Shown piece by piece: positions 23,870 through 36,911 of a stretch of 64,000 bases of DNA. The stretch comes from Nemertoderma westbladi (Eukaryota > Animalia > Xenacoelomorpha). The DNA lies in NCBI GenBank assembly GCA_032718475.1, contig JAUCBJ010003987.1:31528-95527 (forward strand), written 5' to 3'. How positions within the stretch are numbered: position 1 is the stretch's first letter; each line of letters begins with the position of its first letter. The notes beneath the pieces were generated by a model. The model was not told where the DNA came from. It saw only the letters and a program-made list of their open reading frames with translations, and ran no database searches. A program made the position numbers and the translations under genes.

Positions 23870-25800
23870 CTGACATGAACCACAGCACAAGTAGTAACAC
23901 ACAAACGGACACAATTAGAATGGAAGTTCTAAAATTGAGTCAACAGGAGAGCATTCCTACAGTGTCACCAGACGTAATTAAACCAGCGGTGAGGCACTTG
24001 GCCAGGCGAAAGTCTCCAGATATAAACTCTCTGACGGTTGAACACCTGCTCCATACTGATCCAGACAAAACAACACTTCTACTAAGTAATATACTCAACT
24101 GTTGCTTCCGGCTTGGTAAGGTTCCAACGACATTTGGAAAGACAACCACAACGTACATCTACAAGGGCAACAAGAGGAATACATTACAACCGAACTCGAA
24201 TCGACCAATTTCCATTGTCAGCCTACTCGCAAAGGTATATGAGTACACTGTACTGAATAATTTCCTCACAGAGGTCAACACACAGGGACTCACAAGTAAC
24301 TACCAATGTGGATACAAAAAAAAAGGCTGGGACTGACATGGTGATTGCTTGTATACTGGAATGTATGGAATATTTCAATCAGGGTGGATCACCGCTTTAC
24401 ATTTGCAAACTCGATATATCATCTGCATTTGACGAAGTAAACCACAACATTTTATTCAATAAATTGAAAGGCAAAATTAACTCTCACATAATTCTAACCC
24501 TCATTGATTACTACTCTGTCTCCATGATATACCTCAAGTTTAACGGAATCATTTATGACGGTCCAATTGAAATTTATAAGGGGGTGAAACAGGGATCACT
24601 ATTATCACCAACACTTTTTAATATCTACACCTGCAATATTCTCACGAAATTAGAGGAGTCTGGACTAGGTTGTTGGATTACATCCACATGGTTAGGAGCA
24701 CTATGTTACGCTGATGACATAATTTTGTTGACTACCACTCAATCAGACATGGAGTCAATGGTTAGCATCGCGATATCGGAAGCAAACACCTTAAACTTGA
24801 AAATTGAACCCTCTAAATCCAACTGGATGCGCACATCATAAAAATCTCCCACAACTTTCATCAAAATTAATGGTGTACTGGTCCCTGAGTCAGACTCAAT
24901 TAAATTTTTGGGTGTGGAAATAACCAAAAACAAGTTCAATAATCTCTCAAGCAAATGCATCAGGGTGATATCCGCGATAGCTGGAGCTTTCCATAAAAAT
25001 GGATGGTCAGTACGAAACCTGGACATCGACACCGTGGCTTACCTCTGGAGAATGGTCGCCATACCTGCCATCCTATATGGTCTTAAGTTCTACATAGGAG
25101 GGATGTCAGACACACAAATACATCATCTGGAGGTGCATTACCGCAAACAACTTCGGGGACTACTATCCCTGGGGACGTACGTAAACAACACAACCATTTA
25201 CAACCTATTTAACTCCAACTCACTTTCTAACCTGGCCCTAACTCATGCCATAGGGACTTTAATCAACATTATATAAATGTCCCATTCCACCGGTTCAAAC
25301 CACCTTACTTATCAACATGCAACTGAATAAACGACGGAGATATAAAGGAGTCGGCAGTGCCTATCACCTAACCAGCAGTAGGTGTGCAATGCCGGCGCTA
25401 ATTACAATGCTGACATCCAGATTTGATAAAAAAAGAATTGCATCTCGTCTTGACATGGGAAAATTAACCTGCCTGGAGACAATTAACTTGAATTTCATTA
25501 GGAACACTTATAAGATCTCAAACATCACTTTCAACCAAAAACACGACAGGATCATACAGTATTTCAGTAAACATAATGAACTTCTGAACGAGGACCCAAA
25601 TGAAACAAACTCACCGATTTTTAATACCCAATAATGTAAATATACACCTGATTTTATTATGAAATGCCCCTGTGCCTAGCACATTTTAAGATGTTGAATT
25701 GTACTTATAATATTATGGGTTTTATGTCTCAATTGTTAATATTGTAATTTGTCATTTTATATGATCTTAAAATAAAAATATATATAACACACACACATAC
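23870..25800 (+). mobile_element. 5'-truncated non-LTR retrotransposon (RT, frameshifted)
   Basis: ORFs 23827-25634 give RPISIV, LDISSAFD, GVKQGSLLSPTLFNIY, CYADD and KFLG. Ends with AATAAA and a TA/CA tail. Confidence 0.88.
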
Positions 25801-27219
25801 TTCCAACCATGAATTTCAACACTGTGGCCAGTTCCCCATAAATCCATTGCGTACAGAGTCGAGAAGCCGCACAATCTCCCAAATACAGAAGTAGCGATCA
25901 CCTATTATGATCACGAATGATGTAATTTAAACAGCTATAGTGACAGACTTGACTGACGTTACTATCAGTCTAATTTAAAAAAAAATAGCCAAATAATTAG
26001 TGTCACAAACATTGAAATCACAATTCGGTGTTTATGCGTACAATATATAAAAAAAATAATTGGTTCACGTTATTCTACAGTAAAAAATTATCCTAGAGAG
26101 AAATTTTCAAGTCTATAACTCAAATAGCAGCTGAGAAAAATGTACCGAAATAATTTGAAAAACACATTTCGAGTAAAATGGGTTTAAAGTTTGCCTTTGT
26201 TTTTTTTGGTTTTTCAATGTTAATGACGGGTTTTTGTTCCAGAATCCAAAATTAATGTTGATGAAAAAGAACAGCTGTGCTTACAATTGGTCTTAAGGCG
26301 TAACATTTTGTGCTGATTCCTAATATAATAATGAAAATCGTATATTTCCAATACATTTCAAATATATAGTGATTTATTGATTATTTTTATTGGCAAATGT
26401 TGTAAATCGTCATACAAATATTGTACAGATAAATAATATTATAAGTGGCTGAATAAAATTAAGGGGTAAAATTGGTTATATGTGGTAAAATTTTATGTTG
26501 ATTCCGAATATTACAATGAAAATATAAAACCAATCAATCAATCAATGTATTTTAAATAAAACCACCCTGCAAACCACCAACGTTAATCTAACGTTGGGTT
26601 TATGTTAGACATTCGTTAAAAAATGACAGTTAGAATTTAACCATAAACCTACGTTAAAATACGTTAGAATTCTGTCAATTTTTAACGTTAATTTTTTACA
26701 GTAATTATACGTCAAAAATAGACAATTATCTGACAATACCATATTTTTTAACGTTACTTTAGATCGTTAATTTTTGACAGTAATTATACGTTAATAATCA
26801 ACAGAGATCTGACATTTCCAAATTTTTTAACGTTGATTTAACGTTAATTTTTAACGTTCATTATTAACGTTAATTTAGCATTAAAATACATCAGATTTTA
26901 ACGATGATTAGTGAATCACTTAACTATCAATGGATAACATATCTATGTCTAGCTGACCATCCGCTGACTTTGTTCATTTCTTATTTTGTTAAATTTTTAT
27001 GATACTTGTGTAATTTTTTAAATATTATTTTTAAATATTTGCCTTACTAGTCAGCATCTGTGTACCAGTACCAAGCGTACAGTATAAAAGTACAGTAAGT
27101 AAGCGTACAGTAGAAAAAGGGTGGAAAGAAGGATCTAGAAGATGCTAGTGGGGCTGCAGCCGATAGCGAAGATGAATGAATATTATATATCGATAAAAAC
27201 TTGGCCCTAATTACGTTAC

Positions 27220-27460
27220 GGATAACTTTATGAAACTGGATGTACGTTTCGGTTAACTTTATGAAACTGGATGTACGTTTCGGTTAACTTTATGAAACTG
27301 GATGTACGTTACGGTTAACTTTATGAAACTGGATGTACGTTTCGGTTAACTTTATGAAACTGGATGTACGTTTCGGTTAACTTTATGAAACTGGATGTAC
27401 GTTTCGGTTAACTTTATGAAACTGGATGTACGTTTCGGTTAACTTTATGAAACGGATGAG
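27220..27460 (+). repeat. 31-bp tandem repeat, about 7.5 copies
   Basis: GGTTAACTTTATGAAACTGGATGTACGTTTC, head to tail with no spacers. Confidence 0.95.
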
Positions 27461-27965
27461 TCCGGTAGCAACCTACGGGTCTCTGAACTATAGATCTAAG
27501 CCTCCCATTGATAAATAAAAATTCCACAAATTTCTAATTCCGAATTCCAAAAATTCCACATTTCTAAAGCCTACTTTATAGTGTTATAGAAATTAAATTC
27601 AGAATTTCATACAAGAAAAAATCATACATAATTATTGATTTTTTCATTGATCAATTACACGAGATTATGAATTTAAGCTTATGGTTTTAACACTTGAATT
27701 TGTTCAAAATTACATTTCACTGTATGTAACTGGCAATTTGAAAATCTATCGTAATGTGATAATAACGTGTATTATTAATATTATATCTAATACATAATTA
27801 AAATATATACATAATTATTATATGTAATATTGATTAATCATAAGTAATGTGTTAATTGTGAGTTAATACAATATAATTTTGTCAATATTAAGTGGCAAAG
27901 TTGTCTTCGGCCGTTAGGCCAGGGAAAACATTACGCACAAAGTCTGACGACTTGTTTCCAGATAA

Positions 27966-28481
27966 GGGGGCGTTCATAAAGTATGTCACTCACTAGGGGA
28001 GGGGGGGGGGGGGGTCGAGCTTTCGTGACATTTTGTGACAGGTGGTAGGGGGGTGTCGACCTTTGTGACGGTCACGGCGATGCTCTACGGTATGCTTTAA
28101 TGTTAGCTTGACTTTGACTAACACATTTGTAGATGAGTGGGAAACTTTAAGGAAAAAACAATAAACTCAATAACATTGAATTTAATCCCTAACATTAACA
28201 GGGCACCCCTGTCTAGTCTGCCTTGTACATGTACAGTATTGTAGTTTGAAGCTGCTAAAGTATGTATAGGCTTTTAGTAAGAACTACTTCAGTCAAAATG
28301 TTTCACTTTCTATTGTGCTTTCTAACTGTTATTAAATTACTGAAATAAAATATTTTTCGTCTAGGGGGGGGGGGGGGGGGGGGGGGGTTATAAATTTACG
28401 AAAATAGGTTTTTTGTGACAGAAGGGGGGGGGGGGGTCAAAAAAATGGAAAATTTGCGTGACATACTTTATGAACGCCACC
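27966..28481. mobile_element. PIF/Harbinger-type MITE (516 bp) nested in the CACTA-like element
   Basis: TIR GGGGGCGTTCATAAAGTATGTCAC / GTGACATACTTTATGAACGCCACC, TAA on both sides, internal poly-G tracts. Confidence 0.85.
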
Positions 28482-29359
28482 TAATTCCACCATATTTTTA
28501 TTCACCAGAGGATACTCCAGTACCCATTAAAGGACGCCCTTGAGAAATGCGCCCTAGCTCGTCCCTTTAAAGCGTTCGTCCTGAAACGAAAACTCTCCCG
28601 ACCCCTTTGCGGGGATCGAACCCATGACCTCTGGAGAGATGTTAATTAAAGGCAACGGATTAACACTACACAAACTACAAGGGCGGGAAGAACATAAAAA
28701 ATGTTAGATTTTTGCTTGATCAAATGTGGCGTCGAATGCTGGACATTGACATTGACATATAGATTATCTATCATTACTAATATCAATATTAATCATAACA
28801 ACACATTTTGATGCTAACAAATACAATAGTATTTGTAATTTCTCTGAATGCTATTTTTAATGCAACCACGGCGACAATAAACCGAGAGGATCATAGATTC
28901 GAGCTGAGTTTCAGCAGAGTAAGTGCAATACAAAAGACCGCAACTATTTAAATTTATGCAAAAAAACCGTAAGTCAACAAGACTTGCGGTTTTTTGTCAT
29001 CAGAATTTAATGAGGATTTCACATCTGGAAATGGTTTGGCGAGATCTGTTGTATGCATTTTCAATAATTACCAGAAGTAGCTCCGATGAGAGAAAGCTTG
29101 TAATTAAACTGATTGTTATTAATTCCATTAGTCACCTGAGGTCAACCCACCCTAACCTAACTGTTTAATATGAGAATGCCTTCTTAGGTTGTTTCGAGTT
29201 ATCACTGTCTACCGGTCTGACCGTCAAGATGTAAATTTAGACAGAGCCAGATAAGATAATAGCAATTGTCTGGAATATGTGATTATTTGACGTTAATTAA
29301 CGTTAAGGTAATTAAGCGTTAATTATTATAATTATGTTTTTATCACTGTCAGTTGTTTG

Positions 29360-29705
29360 TATTTTTTACGTTAAATACAATATATTTTGACGATCCAAAC
29401 TGATTGTCAGTAATATGTCATTTTTTAACGTTAACATACAATATATTTTGACGATCCAAACTGATTGTCAGTAATATGTCATTTTTTAACGTTAAACATA
29501 CAATATATTTGACGATCCAAACTGATTGTCAGTAATATGTCATTTTTTAACGTTAAACATACAATATATTTTGACGATCCAAACTGATTGTCAGTAATAT
29601 GTCATTTTTTAACGTTAAACATACAATATATTTTGACGATCCAAACTGATTGTCAGTAATATGTCATTTTTTAACGTTAAACATACAATATATTTTGACG
29701 ATCAA
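29360..29705 (+). repeat. About 61-62-bp tandem repeat, about 5.5 copies
   Basis: ACGTTAAACATACAATATATTTTGACGATCCAAACTGATTGTCAGTAATATGTCATTTTTTA repeated. Confidence 0.92.
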
Positions 29706-30328
29706 AATACCTACCGTTTAAAATTAACGTTAATTTGCGTTAATTTTTAACGTTAAAAGGGCGGCCAAACTAACGTTATTTATATGTATTATTAACGTTA
29801 ATAATTAACGTTGGCATTGTCAGAAAATAACGTATATTAATGCATTATTAACGTTAAATTGTTTGCAGGGCAATACCTGCTATAATTCTTACCAGGTTGT
29901 CATTTATATAGAGTATACTACTATTATGCAGTAAATCCGTATGCTTTTACCAATTATGATATAAAAAAATGTTGTATTTTTATTAATTAGCAGATAAATA
30001 AAAATCCCAATACTATAAAATTGCATAATATCCCCCCCCCCCCCACTCATCACAACATAGATGAAACTTTCTAAAACTGCCCGGTGCCATATTCACTTTT
30101 ATCGACTTCCTCGAACTCCCTCTTCCGTTGACACTTTCGAGCTATCTTGGCAGCATCTGAATCGGCTTTATCGGCCCTATGTATCCTCTCGTCCTTTACT
30201 CTTTAGACTATTTAGCAAAAACTGACCAGCACTAAACCCAAGTTTCTCAAAAATCTGGCATCTATTAGCAGCGCCATCATTGAATGTAATGACTAAGTCA
30301 TAAGCACTAATAACATTTTCCATTATGT

Positions 30329-31386
30329 GTATGTAGTTAAATAACTCTGGAAGCCATGTGTTTTCTAAGTTGTAACACTGTGTACAAGTTGGGTATAGTA
30401 ACCCCAATTGTCTCACACTTTCTCAAGTCACTGGCACTGTCTCCTCGAAAGTTACAATTATTTAACTGGTTCTGTGGGTAGTAACATGAAAAAACGCCGC
30501 TTATAGCCTAAAAACACACTCCCACCTAATATAATCGTATGTAGTTAAATAACTCTGGAAGCCCTGTGTTTTCTAAGTTGTAACACTGTGTACAAGTTGG
30601 GAATAGTAACCCCAATTGTCTCACACTTTCTCAAGTCACTGGCACTGTCTCCTCGAAAGTTACAATTATTTAACTGGTTCTGTAGGTAGTAACATGAAAA
30701 AACGCCGCTTATAGCCTAAAAACACACTCCCACCTAATATAATCGTATGTAGTTAAATAACTCTGGAAGCCCTGTGTTTTCTAAGTTGTAACACTGTGTA
30801 CAAGTTGGGAATAGTAACCCCAATTGTCTCACACTTTCTCAAGTCACTGGCACTGTCTCCTCGAAAGTTACAATTATTTAACTGGTTCTGTAGGTAGTAA
30901 CATGAAAAAACGCTGCTTATAGCCTAAAAACACACTCCCACCTAATATAATCGTATGTAGTTAAATAACTCTGGAAGCCCTGTGTTTTCTAAGTTGTAAC
31001 ACTGTGTACAAGTTGGGAACAGTAACCCCAATTGTCTCACACTTTCTCAAGTCACTGGCACTGTCTCCTCGAAAGTTACAAGTATTTAACTGGTTCTGTA
31101 GGTAGTAACATGAAATAACGCCGCTTATAGCCTAAAAACACACTCCCACCTAATATAATCGTATGTAGTTAAATAACTCTGGAAGCCCTGTGTTTTCTAA
31201 GTTGTAACACTGTGTACAAGTTGGGAATAGTAACACCAATTGTCTCACACTTTCTCAAGTCACTGGCACTGTCTCCTCCAAAGTTACAAATATTTAAATG
31301 GTTCTGTAGGTAGTAACATGAAATAACGCCGCTTATATGCTAAAAACACACTCCCACCTAATATAATCGTATGAAGTTAAATAACT
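30329..31386 (+). repeat. 208-bp satellite, 5 full units plus a partial unit
   Basis: Unit starts at 30329, 30537, 30745, 30953, 31161 and 31369. Few substitutions between units. Confidence 0.97.
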
Positions 31387-31861
31387 TTGTTATAACAATA
31401 ACATATAACACTTTCCATCCAAAAAATACACTTTTCGAACTTCGGGACCATAGGACATTGTTGAAAGATTAATTTACATTCGGTGTTTGACCATGTAAGC
31501 ACTTCTGTAACAGATGGGCAGCTGTCAGATGTAGATAGGTTTCACAATGTCCATTATAGCAATGGGTAGACTGTTTTTTTTTATATACTTCATTTGTAAT
31601 ACGTGCCCGGTTGAAGGCGCAACAACTAGCTTCACCTGTTGGACACAACTCATGACACGGTGCTGCATCTGTGGAAACGTGGTGATAGAATGTGGCCCAT
31701 ATTGCCTTTCTCATATTGACTACTGACTAGTAGTTAATACTGTATTGCAGTATGGTGTACTAAAACCTAAGTAGGCTAAAAGCACTACTGCACTACCGGT
31801 ATTCATCTATCTGCTATCTGGAATGGAATGAAGTCTCAGCAGAATATGTTGGTTAGCACCA

Positions 31862-33085
31862 ATGGCAAAGAAAAGGAAGCGCGCGAAACAAACTAAATCG
31901 CCACTTTCGCCAAATGAAATCGGAATTCTGGGGTTGGCTAACGCAAACCCACAACTCCTACCTGTAGGCCTATCTAATAAAACACCATATCGGGAAGCCA
32001 AACGGATCAATCGCAGGGTGGAGATAGATCTGGACGATTCGACAGCTGGTACCGGTAGGCCTACCCCTGCCATTACAGATGCACCGACCCTTACTGCCCC
32101 CCTTAACCTTGCACACGCTCGAACCAATAGTCAAACCTTAGGCCTATCGAGCACCGCCGGTGGTACCAGTAACTCTGACTCTTCTTCTGCTGCCACTATG
32201 GATCAGCAAGCTATGGTACAGCAAATAGCTTCCCTCGTAGTCACTGAAGTAACGAGGAATCTGTCCGAGTATATCAACTCTGTAAACTCTGGAGCGGTAA
32301 CCTGCGCGGTTGCTTCTCAAAACAGCGTGGAAATCGAAGACGTTAAGGATCATGGCGATCGTGTCGAACAGTTTCACCTACTAACCATGGTTGAAGTGCG
32401 CGGTCAATCTGTCAACTCACTTTTAAAGATGAAAGGCGACCGGTATGGCTTCGTCAGGAGTCTAGCGACATTCCTAGGATGTGCAAAATCTACAACAGAT
32501 GACATTTCACGTGTGTTCACCCCAAATTACCGCGGTTCAATAGTGGTTGTATTTACGAAGTACGTATCGCGCTATGACTTTATAACAAGAAAGAGAAAAC
32601 TCCACCAACCGAAGGCATCTTTCACCGCAGACGATATATTCACGAATAAGACTTTCATATCAGAATGTCTTACGGAAAAGCGAAAAGCGATCTTTCGTTA
32701 CACAATGGAGAAAGTAAAATCCTTGAATCTCAAGCAAACATGGACCATTGATGGGCGAATCTGGATTACGAATAAATCCGGGAACAAACGTTGCGTAACC
32801 ACCGTAGATGAGATTGACAAATATATCACTGCTGAATCTATCACTAGCGTGGATCCAGTGGACATAGGTCGATCGAAGACTACGCCTACTGTAACCAACA
32901 CCCCGAGCAACACTGAAATTCAGCCACCGTCTGAATTTACCCCGGTACGAGGGTCAAAACGAGATGGTACGGTGCTCGCCCCTCGCCGTTTGGCTGTTTC
33001 GCCGTCCAACAACGTCGGCAGTCCAGAGTACTTAAATATTTATAACAATCTGAGTGATGAGGATAGTAGGGGTGTTAACATATAA
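31862..33085 (+). CDS. LINE ORF1 protein, 407 aa
   Basis: IVVVFT..SRYDF, FISECLTEKRKAIF and TWTIDGRIWI motifs typical of CR1-group ORF1. Lies upstream of ORF2. Confidence 0.85.
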   Translation: MAKKRKRAKQTKSPLSPNEIGILGLANANPQLLPVGLSNKTPYREAKRINRRVEIDLDDSTAGTGRPTPAITDAPTLTAPLNLAHARTNSQTLGLSSTAGGTSNSDSSSAATMDQQAMVQQIASLVVTEVTRNLSEYINSVNSGAVTCAVASQNSVEIEDVKDHGDRVEQFHLLTMVEVRGQSVNSLLKMKGDRYGFVRSLATFLGCAKSTTDDISRVFTPNYRGSIVVVFTKYVSRYDFITRKRKLHQPKASFTADDIFTNKTFISECLTEKRKAIFRYTMEKVKSLNLKQTWTIDGRIWITNKSGNKRCVTTVDEIDKYITAESITSVDPVDIGRSKTTPTVTNTPSNTEIQPPSEFTPVRGSKRDGTVLAPRRLAVSPSNNVGSPEYLNIYNNLSDEDSRGVNI

Positions 33086-33606
33086 GTAGAGGTTTGGGTT
33101 GAGAATCAATAAGCAATAACTAATATGATTATTTCATGTATCAATATGAGTTGGTATACCGGTAATTAGAAACATATAGTCTATTCCTTGAAAATTTTTT
33201 TAGTAATTTTCTTTTTTTTTTTCCTGTGCTTGCAAGTTTCAATCCATAAATATATACTATATATATATACTTAAAAAATATATATTACCGGTGCCGGTAT
33301 ATAATTGTCAAGCTCACTGACTATACCATGTTATTACCTGTACTGAAACTGAATTGTATTTTTGACAGTGGCTATAGATTAAGTTCTATACTTAACTCAC
33401 CGGTACCACCGATCGCGCTTAAAATCAATCAATCATAAGACTAAGACTTTTTTTTTTGGTTTTTTTTTGTTATTGCTACCGTTGTATTATATTTTTTTCT
33501 TATTGTTTGATTTTGTTAACCATTACTCACTATCTAGACGCAGATTGTAACTTTTAATATTTAATTTTAAACCGTATGCCTATCGTACTTGAACCGGTAG
33601 TGTAGA

Positions 33607-36600
33607 ATGCGCAGCGCCTTTATGGATTTATACAGACAAATTGCTACAAATACAGTGTCATCTTTATGTTCATGCCGTCTATGCTATTCTGGCTTTGAAA
33701 ATACTGACCTAACTTTGTCTTGCCCTTTTTGTAAAAATAATTTCCACCTACAGTGCGGTACATGTATCACCTCCGAAGAATACACAAAAATATTTGAATC
33801 AAATAGTTATGGGGGTATATTTTGTGTATTTTGTTATAATGAAACGTTTCCATTTACATATATATCAACGGATGACTGTGATATTTTTGACTCTGAAACG
33901 AATTACAAACTATCTAACTTGAATGATTACAGTGCTCACACTAACTCAATTGATCCCGATATTAATCTTCAAAATTGTGCACGCTTTTGTGAATATTTTT
34001 CAGCTGACACATATAATGCTGAGATTGCTGCTCTAAAGTCAGTACCCACTTTATCTGCTTTCCACCTCAATTGCAGAAGCTTAAAAAAAAATCTTCCAGA
34101 TATCATAGATTTCTTAAGTACACTAAACCGGGATTTTGATACTTTTTAAGTTTTACAGAAACACTGGTTGGGAAACATGATAGCCATGAGAAACTTAATA
34201 TTGAAGGATATAACGGCCCGTTTCTAAGTGAAAGACCTGAGGGTCGTACGGGTGGGGCGGGCTGGGGAATTGGGATTTATATTAAAAACGACCTTGTTTT
34301 TTCAGAACGTGAAGACTTAGTTGTCCCTGGTTTTGAAAATATGTGGTACCAAATAAAAAAACCTAATAATAAAAACGTAATAATAGGGACAGTATATCGC
34401 CCGCCGTCACTGCCGTACAATAAATTCCACGACTTACTTGAGCCAGTATTAGCTATGTTATCTTCACTTCATTGTGATGTAGTTATTACAGGGGATTTTA
34501 ACGTTAATGTAAAGAAAAATACATCAGAAACCAGACAGTACCAACAACTAGTGCATTCCTATGGGTTTTCTCAACTCATTAAACAAGCGACCCGAATTGT
34601 TTTCGGTGCAGATTCAATACTGGATCATATTTTAACAAATATATGTACCTCCATAAATACGTCCGGGGTATTTTTGGCTGAGTTGGGGACGACTGACCAC
34701 TTAGCCACCTTTGTCAATTTTCATAATTATTCCGTCTTTTTTGAAGATCCATTTACTAGACTCTCGTATGACTACTCAAATTTTAAAAAGGCAGACTTTA
34801 TAGCAGATTTCTTATCTCCATCGTTTTCATCTTACATGTCTCAGCATGTGCCATCTAAAATAAAATTTGACACTTTTTATAACGATTTTGAAGGGTTATG
34901 CAACAAACATTTAACAAAGAAAATAATACATAAAAAGAATTTGCCAAAAAAACCATGGCTAAATGAAAAGTTACTTAAGTGCATTGTGAAAAAAAACAAA
35001 TTATATATTAAACAATTAAAAAAACCGTCCAATGAAAATGTTTCACAATACAAACGGTATAAAAATGTGCTAACCTCGACCTTGCGGGCAGCTGAGAAAT
35101 CATACTTTTCCTTGCAATTTGAGAACGCTAAGGGAAATATGGCGAAGACATGGAAGGTAATTAACTCTGCTATGAATAAGGGAAAAAAAACTTCGGCCCC
35201 ATTGAAAATTAATTACCAGACGAGAGACGGGTTTAAAACCACAGTAAATACATCAGAGACAGCAGCGCAACTAAATTCCCACTTCTCTTCCATTGGATCT
35301 AAACTGGCGAATCTAATACCCCGCTCAAATCGCAACCCCACTAGACATATGAAATCTCGAGTAAATTCTTTTTGCCTCATTGAAACATCTGTAGCTGAAA
35401 CGCACTACAACCTCCTTCAACTAAATCCCAATACTTCAACAAACGATTCATTCCCGGTCGCGCTTATTAAGTTGGTTGCAGAGCCATTAGCGCGTCACTT
35501 AACGTACTTAATAAACTTAGCTGTTACTACAGGTGAATTCCCTGCTAGTTTGAAGATGTCTAAGGTTATTGCAAGCTACAAAGGGGGTGACCCTCTTGAT
35601 GCCAATAACTACCGGCCCATATCCATTTTACCTGTGTTCACAAAATTGTACGAAAAAATAATCTACGACCAGCTTATTTCTTACCTGGATCACTTTTCAA
35701 TTCTCACCAAATGCCAGTTTGGATTTCGAAAGAAAGTTTCAACTTACTGCGCTATTTTAACTGTGACTGAGAAAATTCGTACTTTTCTTGATTCGAAAGA
35801 AACCAGCTGCGCGATATACATTGACCTGAAAAAGGCGTTTGATACGCTGGACCACAGTATATTAATTAAAAAACTCGAAAATTATGGTATTCGTGGAACT
35901 CCTAATGCGTTAATAAAAAGCTTTCTAACCGAACGTAAGCAGGTCGTAGTGATAAATGATACAATTTCTGACCCACTATCTTTAAAATGTGGTACTGTAC
36001 AAGGATCGGTGTTATCTCCGTTATTATTTTTACTATATATAAATGACCTGCCGTTAGTATCCAAATTTATGACAACCCTTTTTGCAGATGACACCACCTT
36101 GCTGCATAACGATTCCAATATTGAATTATTAATTGAATCTTCAAATAGTGAACTCAAAAAAATATCTGAATGGCTGGCCGACAATCGACTGTCTCTGAAC
36201 TTAAAAAAAACCGAGTACTCAATTTTTACGAACAAAAATTATTTCCTAGGTGGCCTACCCAAAGTTAAAATTAAAGACAATATTATAAAGAAAGTAGAGT
36301 GTACAAAGTTTTTAGGTGTCTGGATAGATGATAAGCTTAACTGGAAAATACACATTGGGCATATTTTAAAGAAAATTAGTAAAAGCACTGGGATATTTTA
36401 TAAATTACGACATATTTTTCCGACAGACATACTTCGTACTCTTTACTTCACACTGATCCATCCATACTTAACATATGGTATTTTGGCTTGGGGTTCGGCA
36501 TGTAAGAGCGATTTAATGAAAATTAAAACCAAAACTAATAAAATTATCCGTGCTATCACTTTTAGCCATTTCCGCCAAACAGCTTATCCCCTATATAAAA

Positions 36601-36911
36601 CAATGAATATACTACCTTTGGAGTCACTATATGTCTATCATGTTTCCCAACTAATGCTAGACATATCACATAACCCCTCACACCCTCTCTCGCACCTTTT
36701 TACAAAATGTTCTGCCATGCACCGATATAGTACCCGTGCGGCTTTGACAGGAAAATATGTTATTCCCCTAACCCGTTTAGAAGTAGCTCATAAATCGATC
36801 GGAGTAACAGGACCGACTATCTGGAATGATCTCCCAACTGACATTAGAGCAATAAAATCAAAAGCCATATTTTTAAAGCACCTTAAGAAATATTTACTCG
36901 ATAAACTCTGA
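33607..36911 (+). CDS. LINE ORF2: PHD finger, AP endonuclease and reverse transcriptase, frameshifted near 34145
   Basis: CRLC..CPFC..FHLQC..CVFC, then HLNCRSL, VYRPP, GDFN, LDHI, TDH, NYRPIS, DLKKAFD, QGSVLSP, FADD and KFLG. Confidence 0.9.

Larger units (their letters stand above)
26565..29870. mobile_element. Non-autonomous CACTA/EnSpm-like (CMC) DNA element, about 3.3 kb
   Basis: TIR CCCTGCAAAC / GTTTGCAGGG, 2-bp TSD CA, and dense subterminal AACGTT motifs at both ends. Confidence 0.8.

Noticed and set aside
25920-26560. Terminus of the Mutator-like transposon
   Set aside because: It looks like subterminal sequence, but no convincing TIR partner or TSD was found near 38.6-39.0 kb.
27220-27460. 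31-bp repeats as a CRISPR array
   Set aside because: Units are head to tail with no unique spacers, there are no cas genes, and the context is a eukaryotic transposon.
28364-28437. Poly-G tracts as regulatory G-quadruplexes
   Set aside because: They are internal to a MITE, homopolymer lengths are unreliable, and no gene is nearby.
30329-31386. 208-bp unit as a classical hammerhead retrozyme or twister
   Set aside because: No CTGANGA..GAAA core on either strand. The minus-strand CTTGAGAAAG is not followed by GAAA after the stem. Kept only as an unknown structured repeat.
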